A DNA stretch of 64,000 bases, taken from NCBI RefSeq assembly GCF_036588685.1, contig NW_026963290.1, forward strand, positions 62,001 to 126,000. Reading direction: 5' to 3'. Under the pieces are notes generated by a model, which had not been told where the DNA came from, ran no database searches, and worked only from the letters and a program-made list of their open reading frames with translations. Of this stretch, positions 53,641 through 64,000 are shown piece by piece; within the stretch, counting starts at the first letter, position 1; every line of letters starts with the position of its first letter. The DNA comes from Mytilus trossulus (lineage: Eukaryota). The position numbers were made by a program, and so were the translations under genes.

Positions 53641-56600
53641 TTATGACGTCCTTATTAAAAAAAAAGCCGTGTTCTAATGAGCACAAAATATATTTGACAC
53701 ATGCGCACAAATTTACTGTTCATATTAAAGTTATTTCCATAGTTATCCAATAAAATATATACATAATTCAAGTAGCTTACATAAACTTTTATAATATATG
53801 TTATATCGAACAACATATATAAACCCTGCTCGTATTAACCACTCGGCCATCGAGGTCCCATTCTCGAAGACGTTACCCCTTGAATAAAACGAAAGGAATG
53901 AATGCGATATAGTTTGGCCAACTACCCCTCTCTAAACAACCAGTGAATTGACCGTGACTGTAATCTTTTACGAAAATTCCACTCAAAAGTAGTCAAAATT
54001 AGGTTGGTAAACATGGTTCCGGTTTATGGAAGTGACGCTTTTTTAAACTTGATATATAATTATTAACCTAAAAGTGTCTGAGGAATTCGATATGTAGCTA
54101 GCTGAAGCAACAAAAATGTCAACCGGACGTAAATCAACACATTTAACAATCAATTGATAACAAAGAACCTTAAAAATATTGCTCATCGCAAGTTTCATTT
54201 AAATGCAGTGTAAAATCCGCGAATTCATTTTGAAAAATAGCTAGCTTTAAAAAAACAAACTGCATTGCATATTTAATGATACATCTAACCATTAACTTCT
54301 AAAATATTTGGCTTTACCGTCCCAGTTCTTTATTTTATAGTTCTTCATTTCATTTTTTAAAACATTTTTGCTCTCTTTTATACGATGATAATAATTAAGC
54401 ATGTGTAAAGACCATGTGCTTTTATTTATAAAAGTGAAAACAGTGTGCATGTATCAAGATTTCTTCATTTACTCTTCCTGTTTGTTTCAGGTCCCCAAAT
54501 CAGTTTGGAGAAAGTGTTTACTAAGAACAATTTGATGAGAAAAACATGTATCTGGACATTGACGCTCAAATAACATTAAAAAGTTCAATGAAGCCAGATA
54601 CAATCAAACTTTGGTCTGGAATTTATTCCTTAATAGAAGTTGCAGAAGGTACCCCTAATCATATAACTATTACAACACCATCAGTATCTATAAGAGGTTT
54701 GAAAAGAACCGATCCAAAACATAGAGAAATTGTATTCGAATTCCTTGGCATAAAATATGCTAAACCCCCACTAGGACAACGGAGATTCCAGAAACCACAA
54801 CCTATAGATAACTGGATACACACGCTCAATGCTACGTCATTCGGTGCCGCGTGCTCTCAAAACGTACCAGAATTCCAGAAGACATCGTTTACATCTGGTA
54901 TTTCAGAGGACTGTCTATTCCTTAACATCCACATACCAAAATTGATCAGTAAAACGAAACTGTACTCCGTTATGATGTGGATTCATGGCGGTGGATTTGA
55001 AGTTGGCTATGGAATTGAGGACGATGTTACAGGTTTTGCCATGACAGGAAATGTTATCGTCGTTACTCTTAATTATAGATTGGGTGTGTTTGGATTTTTC
55101 GCAATGGACTATCCGGCCGCTAGAGGAAATTTTGGTTTATGGGATCAAAAACTAGCAATACAATGGGTGCACGATAATATTGAAGCTTTCGGTGGCAATC
55201 CAAATTCCGTTACCATTTTCGGAGAATCGGCAGGTGCAATGAGTACATCGCTGCAGTCCTTGATTTCTTCGAACAAAGGCTTGTTTCAGAGAGTAATATG
55301 TCAGAGTGGTGTTCATAGCAAAATTCTAATGCGTAAACCGGAGGCTGTCAGGGAATATGCGACAGGTCTAGCAAATAGAACTGGCTGTTCAATTGATGAT
55401 GAATATTCGTTCGTTGATTGTTTGAGAAATTTATCAGTCCAAGATCTATTAAGGTATACAGATTTTTATGCCACTGCTCAACTCGATAAAGTACACTACA
55501 TGTCCGACAATTACCCAGTAGTGGACGGTGAATTGTTTCCTGAAAATCCAATACTTTCTCTATAGGACCCTACTTCTGCCGTAGCTATATTCTTTCGTTC
55601 TCTGGACATGATTGCTGGCACAACTTCCAACGAAGGCTCGATATTAGTCGTTACTTTATTTCCACAAATCCAGGAGCGATTAATTTTTCACTGACTGAAG
55701 GTTTACCACACAGAGTGGCTTGTGAAGAAGTTATAGCCGAATATGTCAATACGTATCTGAAACAAAATGAGGAAGTAAAACGTCAATTGTGTGAGTTTTA
55801 CTTTGTAGCAAACTCTCCAAAAGAACAGAGCCTTCTTGCTACACATCTTTTAGCAGATATCATGTTTGTTTACCCAACAATAAAGATGTTGGAATTGCAT
55901 TCTATGTATGGAGCGACGACATACCATTATCAATTCTCCATGCCAAGTCCAGAGCCGTGGGGTGGACCTTTCCCGTCTTAGTTCAATGGTAGTGGCCATG
56001 GAGACGAACTAATTTACATGTTCAGACCTGAAGCTGTATCCATCGACGGTATGAAACTGTCAAGAAATATCATCCAGTATTGGACATCATTTGCAAGAAC
56101 CGGGTATATAAAATATATTCTTATAAGTTCCTTTTTTTCTTTTAAAGTTTCTCCGAAAAGGCTAGAATTTCTTCTGCAAAATCCAGAAAAGATCGACAGC
56201 TGAGCTTGAGAATTTGTGTCTAAAGCATATTGTCCTCCATTTTATATCTGTTTTGCAAGCCGTTTGCATATGTGTGTTTCTAGCTTCATTTGTTAATGGT
56301 GCATGAGTTGTCATAACTTTCCTGGTATCACATATAGGATAGTATGGAGAGAGATTAAAGTATCAGAATAAATTTACTCGTTGTATTTAGCAATACATTT
56401 CGGTCTTTTGGGTCATGAGTGCTCATTAACTTTAGTTTTTTTTCTCACTTTTTTAATCGAGCATAACGGTACCTGATGAGTCTTACATAGCAGGCAAAAC
56501 GCGTTTCAAACATACACAGTTAAAACCTGGTATCTTTGATGAGTGTGTTTTTTTTGGCATTGAAAATATGTAGTTATAATCGATTTCCATGTGTATCAGC

Positions 56601-56679
56601 TTTTGTCTTATGTATCATTTGTCAGACTTCTGAGAAACCCCGACACTAAAGCTTTCATATGATATGATGAATGGAGTGA

Positions 56680-57020
56680 TGGTTATTTGACGCCCAGCGG
56701 CAAGTTAAGAGTATATTTAAGAAGAGAAAATGATAATGAAATATGAATATCAACATTGCTGTTTACGACACTCGGAGTCGGTCTATCTATTAATGTGCTA
56801 GTTCACAAGGTAGCAGTCCACAGAAGGCATATATATCCAATTACATAATTCTGAGTCCAAGCCCAACTGTGATCTTATTACTCATTGCTGTGTTTAAGCC
56901 GAAAAGCAATAAATACCTATGTTGACGTCTTTGATATGACCTGACCGGGATTCAAACATACGATCTCCCACAATCGAGGGGAACACGCTTTGGAATCCCC
57001 TTAACCACTGAGGCAGTCCA
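56680..57020 (-). mobile_element. tRNA-derived SINE (degenerate)
   Basis: The reverse strand begins with a tRNA-like head (cctcagtggttaag…gtttgaatcccggtc) followed by ggtcatatcaaagac, a core seen in molluscan SINEs. Confidence 0.55.
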
Positions 57021-58775
57021 GATGATATGAATACTGACTGTTACGCCACATGGTTAAATTGCAGCATGTGTATTAATTTTCATGAAAGTAAAAATCTTTT
57101 TAACACACATTTACATTTTTTTCTTGTAGGTCACCAAACGAATACAAGGATTCTGTAGCATGGATTCCATTCGATGTGAAAGAGAGAGAATATATTGATG
57201 AAAGCTTTCATGAAGCCAGACACAGTCAAACTATGGTCTAAAGTGTATCCATTGATCGACATCGGACAAACAGCTGCGTCGACAAATAAGTACTACGTCA
57301 CGTCCAACTAATACGCAACTTCCTGTTTGCATATCCAATGATGATATATCTTCTGTGGCTACTAAAAATGAACATTGTACCATTATTCTATGCATACTTC
57401 TCTTTAAAGCTATTGTTTTAAATTCATTTTAATAAATTGATATAAAAAACGAAATTTTGTATATTATATACGTCACTGTGAAATAAATAAAATTATGTTC
57501 GTTTTGAAGGGTTTTACTGTTTATTCTTGTAAACAACCGAACACATATTCAATGCATGTCAAGATGAACAAAAAAAAAAACGTAAAGATCGAAAACCGAG
57601 TAATTCAATTGATGTGCTGAGACATGCTTAATTCAATAATTGATTATAACAAAATGGCATTGTCATGGAAATGACTAAAACACGGCGTAGGCAGACAGCA
57701 GTCTACATAACACAATACAGAAAACTAATGACTGAGCAACAAGAACCCCACCAAATAATGTGGGTGATCTCCATTACTCAGTACTCCAGTCGTCTACTTA
57801 CTTCCAATCAAGTACTTCACCTACTTACTCCAAGTAACTAAATCTCTCACCACCTAGTACTACAGACACCTACGGCCACTTTCGAACCAGCACCATATCA
57901 CTCAAGAACCCGGCAAAAAAAAATACAACTTTGATTGATCGTAAGTCATGAACAATTCTGCATATTCACGATCAATCGTAGTTGTAATTTTCTTTGTGAA
58001 TCTACTCCAGTGCTATAAGAATCTACGCATTCACGGACCCGAACACAAGGCACCTAGGGTGCAATCAACAGTTTTTTTTCTATGACGTCATATTTTGAGG
58101 AACCATGTATAAGTGACCCTTAGTGGTGGACTGATTAATAAAGATACCTGTATAAAACTAGATATCACTGGAATCAGAATGTTCTCTAGTTTATAATGGA
58201 ATAAAAAAAAGTGTACTTTTAATAGTATAAAAAGTTTTATCCAGAGAAACTGGGAAAAACATTGCCTAATTTAAGCTTAAAAAACCTGAAATCAGGTCAT
58301 GTGCACACCCCTGAAGACATGATACCTGCACATTTTTCATAATCAAAGTTGTATGAATTTCATAGATTTTTACCTGGTCTTTCAAAAAATTCATGCTTCA
58401 GGATACGTTCGCCTGCTCCGAAAAGAGCTACAGTGGCTGCAAATAAGTTTTGAATTTTCACTGCCAAAAAAAACAGACTGTTTACAGTGTTGTCTCCCCT
58501 CAAAACATGAATATTTAATCTAATTTTTTAAATTATTTTAATCATTCAACCTGTTTTAATTGAAGTTAATTAACATATCTTTACAACCAAATACAAAAAA
58601 CATGATACTTTTTCACCAATTATGTCGATAAAAAGGGACTTCCCTCCATGTCTATTTTTAGTTGGGGAATAACCCCTAGTTTTTTATACGAAACTGTTTA
58701 TAGCACCCCTAGTTATTTCCGACCAAATACTCCTTACACCTAATCACGACCCAGTACTCCGTGTGTCCGGTCACC

Positions 58776-60269
58776 TTTTTTAGCTCACCTGGGCCAAAGG
58801 GTCAAGTGAGCTTTTCTCATCACTTGACGTCCGGTGTCCGTCGTTGTTAACTTTTACAAAAATCTTCTCCTCTGAAACTACTTGGCCAAATTTAACCAAA
58901 GTTGGCCACAATCATTATTCGGGTATCTAGTTTAAAAATTGTGTCCGGTGACCCGCCAAACGAACTAATATGGCCACCATGGCTAAAAATAGAACATTGG
59001 GGTAAAATTTATATTTTGGCTTTTAACTCTGAAACCAAAGCATTTAGAGCAAATCTGACAGGGGTAAAATTGTTTATCATGTCAAGATCTGCCCTGATAT
59101 TTTCAGATAAATCGGACAATCGGTTGTTGGGTTGCTGCCCCTGAATTGGTAATTTTAAAGTCATTTTTTACCAATTTTTCCTAAATTTTTGTAATCTTTT
59201 ACAAAAATCTTCTCTGAAAATACTGTGCCAAATTTAACCAAACTTCTTATGTTGTACTGTTAAACCACTGTCCCAGGTTATGGGGAGGGTTGGGATCCCG
59301 CTAACATGTCTAACCCCGCCACATTATTTATGTTTGTGCGTGTCCCAGGTCAGGAGCCTGTAATTCAGTGGTTTTCGTTTGTTTATGTGTTACATATTTG
59401 TTTTTCGTTCATTTTTTTTACATAAATAAGGCCGTCAGTTTTCTCGTTTGAATTGTTTTACATTGTCTTATCGGGGCCTTTTATAGCTGACTATGCGGTA
59501 TGGGCTTTGTTCATTGTTGAAGGCCGTACGGCGACATATAGTTGTTAATGTTTGTGTCATTTTGGTCTTTTGTGGATAGTTGTCTCATTGGCAATCATAC
59601 CACATCTTCTTTTTTATATTAGCCACAATCATTATTAGGGTTTCTATTTAAAAATGTGTGCGGTGGCCGGCCAGCCAGCTGCCATAGCTAAAAAAATAAC
59701 ATAGGGGTAAAATATAGATTTTGGCTTATTACTTTGAAACCGAAACATTTAAAGCAAATCTTACAAGGGGTAAAGTTAACTTGTTTATCAAGTAAAAATC
59801 CATCTGCCCTCAAATTTTCAGATGAATTGGACAACTGGTTGTTAGGTTGTCCCTGAATTGGTAAATTTTATGGAAATTTTATCGTTTTTGGTTATTATCT
59901 TGAATACTTTTATAGATAGAGATAAACTGCAAACAGCAATAATGTTCAGCAAAGTAAGATCTTCAAATAAGTCACATGACCAAAATGGTCAGTTGATCCC
60001 TTAATGAGTTATTGCCCTTTATAGTCATTTTTAACAATTTTCATTAATTTGGTAAATTTTGGTAAGTTTTTACAAAATATTTTCCTCTGTAACTTAAGGG
60101 CCAAGTTTATTACAGATAGAGAAAATTGTAAGTAGCAAGAATGATCAGTAAAGTATTATCTACAAACACATCACCAAAACACAATTTTGTCATGAATCCA
60201 TCTGTTTCCGTTGTTTAATATGCACAAAGACCAAGGTGAGCGACACATGCTCTTAAGAGCCTCTAGTTT
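58776..60269 (+). mobile_element. Non-autonomous Helentron (DINE-1/HINE-like) with internal repeats and a nested element at 59246-59620
   Basis: T-rich start tttttagctcacctgg…gtgagc; 3' subterminal aggtgagc, hairpin gctcttaagagc and ctagttt. The nested insert splits the host motif aaccaaactt|agccacaatc. Confidence 0.72.
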
Positions 60270-63200
60270 CATGACTCAGTAATTCATGCACATACTCACT
60301 TCTCATCCGATACTTTATGCACTTGCTTACTCATGAACCAGTACCGTAAGTTAAAAAAAAAACGGTCCCCTGATTCGACACATTGGAGTCTGTCAATGAA
60401 ATGTTATATTAGATTTGCCATTTATACTTGTAGTTGAACGAGAAAGGGGTAGGGCCAATCACGCAAAGGGTCTAAATATTATAGAGTCTATATCACGAAC
60501 TTAGCCCAATTTGTATCAATAGTTTTTTCATAAAAAGTTGCAAGTTTTACATATTTTGTCAAAAGTTTAGCCTTATTCGTCGCAATTTTAGCTGGTCGAT
60601 TTCCACTGCATGAAATATTCAAAGGGAAAAATATATAACTATTAAAGTTAATTACCGAATGAAACGTTTTCGAATTTGTACCTGAATAACATGACGGGTG
60701 TCAGAATTGGAGCAGAATCTGCTTAGCCTTAAAAAAAAAACGTTGCTCTCTCTCAGTTTTTGGCGGGGGTCGTGTTGTTCAGTCTGACTCTTCATAGTTT
60801 TGTTTGTGGTGTTTTGTGTACTGGTTTGACTATTTCATTTCGCTTTGTGATTTCTGAATATTCCCTTTGTATGATGATTTTCGTATTCTTTTTAAGTGAT
60901 ATATCTTAAACCTTATGGGAATGTTTTATATGTATCTAAAATAATTTTTTAGGTCTGTCGTTTGTACATGTATGTAAGTGTTTCAAATTGACTATTATTG
61001 ACGTATTCGTTATAATATGTACAGTACTTACTTGTTGGACGATATTATGCTTATAAGCTACATTATATGGTGTATGACAAAATTAATATCTGTATTTAGA
61101 TTTGAACAATAAATATGGAATTATTGTAACTGTTTGAATATTTCGTTTATTAGACAAAGAATTATTCTTGTATAGTTAGTAATTTATCGGGTTTTTTTTG
61201 TTGTTGTTTTGTGGTATGTTTTTGTATAGATTCAATCGTTAAGATTTAATGATGTTTCAGTGTATTGTGTGATTGTCACATGCTTGCAAGTCATCCAATG
61301 GCAACTGTTACATTGATATTCTGGACGAGAATAAATTAACAATTCATTCAATATGTAGTCTACAAGGATTGTCGACCCGCATGCATATGAAGCCAGGTCT
61401 ATTTTTATTTTATTTTTATTTTACTATCGCAGCTTCTTATAATATGAATACGTACGTTTTGATTTTTACTGCTAATTTGATTATTGATTGAATCTGATTT
61501 TTTTAATTCGAATTATAGATTCAAGATATATGTTTATGAAAACATGGTTGTGATTTATTTATCCTTACCAGTTCTTACTCGGTATATGAATACTATTCGG
61601 TGGGTGATGATATTAACTATTAAATTTTCAGCATCCTCGGTACAAGTGTAATGCAGGACAAGGGGGAAGAATCGCTGCTCTGTCATGTTGTCTCCCCTTT
61701 CCCGCAAAAACGTTAATATTCTTAAATCGGGGTCCTCTCATCTTTCACTTGGGGAATGCCTTCGCTTTCGTGCATTTTATGACTTTAGCGTCTCTATAGG
61801 AATCTGGGGATTCTAGCTCAGTCTGGTCTAGGTCATACCCTTTTCTGGCGTGTCCCTCATCTGGACACTTGATCTTTCGAGGCCTGGCGCTGGTAGATAA
61901 AATACAATGATGATTCAATTATTCATTCTAAACAGCAATCTACATTGAAGTGTGATATGTGATCTGTGATGTTGGGAGGTTGCGGTCTTTCCTTTTTAAC
62001 CCCAACATCACGTGCTGATTTGAACTATTCTATTCACATTCACCTATGAAAATTGAGCGTGAATTTTGAATTTTCCATATGGTTGGTTACTTTTTATTGG
62101 TCAACTATTCTCTTTTTATGTTATAGATTAATATGATTGACATATATTTTATTTACGTAAAAGCAATTAAAGGATTTTCAAAATCTTACTTACTTTACAG
62201 AATTATTAAGTGGGCAATAGAAATACTTTTTATGATTATTTTACTACGGCAAATTACATACACATTTTTATTCTTTTAAAAGATGACAGTTTATTTAATC
62301 AATTTCTCAACGTCACATAAATGGCTATGATCAAAAGAACTCTAGAAATTAGATTAACTATATCCTTTACAAAAAGACGAAACTATTTATAACTTTATCT
62401 TACGTCATCTACTTTGTCGTGAGATTAAGAAATGCGCTTTAATTCAATTTTATTTATTTATTAGTTTATTTCTCTAAGTTTACTTTATTTTATTTTCCTT
62501 TTCCAACATACATTTTTTCATCATTATACAAAGACATCCTTTATAAATATAATTCAACATGCAGACACCTTATAAGTTCATATATTTCACATCCAATTTT
62601 GTATGGTAATATTCTTTACATTTAGCACAAAAATGTCGGCATACACCTCAAAAGCTAACAAAACTTTTAAACAGAATAAAATCAAGAAGGATATAGCTAC
62701 GATATCGTTGTCAGGTCATTGCATATTTTGGCTTTTATATTGATTCACTGCATCGGAAATAAACACATTTATTCTAAAACCGGTTCAGGTCCGTAGCCAG
62801 GATTATTTGGACTCACCGTACAGTCACAACAGTCATAATTCGAACAGAACGTTGACTATAACAGTTCTTATTTGTTTTCAAGGGGGTTTCGTCCGAACCC
62901 CCAAACCCTGGCTACAAGTTTGCCGTGACCAGGCAGAAGCTAGCGAACAATAGCTAGCGAACAATAAGCCAGCGAACAATAAGGCGATATATCGAGAAAC
63001 CAAAAAACAGAATAAGACAACAACTGCCGTTAAATAAAAAAATATTCAAAAAGGCAGAAAATCAGTTAAAATATAGCAATTTTAACTCAATTTTGAAATG
63101 GTTTTCATCCAATCTATTGATTTATCAAGTCGCATATTGTGTTACGCTAATATTCAGTACCACAATAACTCTGCATCTATCAACGGATTATTGGTAGGTG

Positions 63201-63291
63201 TAGGGCCACCTATGCACTCTCTTCAATTAAGAATGTATGTAAAAGAAGTCCTACCCTGTGAAATATAGCACCTTTTATGTCATTGTTAAAT

Positions 63292-64000
63292 CTAGAGCTC
63301 AAAATTTGAAAAAAATGTCAAAAAATTAGGGGGGTCGGCCTATTCCAGAGCTTCTAGAGAAAAATAATTAGGGGTGTCACGGGGAATGACTATATAGGTC
63401 TTGTAGAGGAGAAACAGGCGCTTCTTTTGCACTAGGTACAAAAGGGCGCTATGTTCAAAAATCTGAAACTAGAGCTCAAAATTCGAAAAAAATGTCAAAA
63501 AAATGGGGGTAGGGTCGGCCTATTCCAGGAGTTCTAGAGAAAAATAATAGGGGGTGTCACGGGATATGACTATATAGGTCTTGTAGAGGAGAAACAGGCG
63601 CTTCTTTTGCGTTAGGTATCAAAGGGCGCTATGTTCAAAAATCTGAAACTAGAGCTCAAAATTTGAAAAAAATGTCAAAAAATTAGGGAGGTCGGCCTAT
63701 TCTAGGACTTCAAGAGAAAAATAATTAGGGGTGTCACAGGGTATGACTATATAGGTCTTGTAGAGGAGAAACAAGCGCTTCTTTTGCGCTAGGTATCAAA
63801 GGGCGCTATGTTCAAAAATCTGAAACTAGAGCTCAAAATTTGAAAAAAATGTCAAATAATTAGCGGGGTCGGCCTATTCTAGGACTTCTAGAGAAAAATA
63901 ATTAGGGGTGTCACGGGGTATGACTATATAGGTCTTGTAGAGGAGAAACAGGCGCTTCTTTTGTGCTAGGTATCGAAGGGCGCTATGTTCAAAAATCTGA
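63292..64000. repeat. ~178-bp tandem repeat (satellite-like), 4 copies up to the window edge
   Basis: ctagagctcaaaatt starts at 63292, 63469, 63649 and 63826. Confidence 0.93.

Larger units (their letters stand above)
51592..57311 (+). pseudogene. Tandem double-domain carboxylesterase pseudogene (exons ~51592-53103, 54491-56103, 57130-~57311)
   Basis: Signal peptide MLSYILFLLPILSLSNC; two full domains, each with WIHGGG/GESAG/SNEG/GHGDE; phase-2 GT-AG introns after FARTG. Lesions: TAA 51760, +2 at ~51805, -1 at ~52410, TAA 52511, TAA 54522, TAG 55563, -1 at ~55680, TAG 55979, ~20-bp deletion at ~57200. AATAAA at 57431. Confidence 0.9.

Noticed and set aside
1019-61491. Remaining short ORFs in the track (antisense to real CDSs, or within AT-rich DNA and repeats)
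   Set aside because: No recognisable domains, biased low-complexity composition, and overlap with repeats or real genes.
61560-62030. GC-richer segment as a snoRNA/ncRNA or DIRS terminus
   Set aside because: Isolated TGATGA/CTGA motifs with no recognisable guide, terminal stem or partner repeat.

Overview
AT-rich, repeat-dense eukaryotic genomic DNA, most likely a mytilid mussel (Mytilus). This is inferred from the interspersed repeat families and a 173-bp ApaI-site satellite, recalled from memory rather than searched. Genes: (i) a TRIM-NHL E3 ligase on the minus strand with two coding exons (RING, 2 B-boxes, coiled coil, NHL repeats; ~631 aa). (ii) A carboxylesterase (type-B/COesterase) cluster with two intact, convergent, ER-retained paralogs (…RDEL and …HDEL; the second uses a GC-AG intron) and a recently pseudogenised gene encoding two carboxylesterase domains fused in tandem. 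The most unusual structure is an 11.2-kb foldback-type insertion (32557-43803) with a 9-bp target-site duplication. Its long inverted arms each end in an array of the 173-bp satellite, and its central loop is a decayed Maverick/Polinton core (integrase plus protein-primed PolB). A separate probable Maverick terminus (AGTAGT…) carries a decayed PC4-like ssDNA-binding ORF. The rest is Helitron/Helentron, MITE, SINE and Penelope-like remnants, minisatellites, and a ~178-bp satellite at the right edge. All protein similarities were recognised by eye from motifs; no searches were run.
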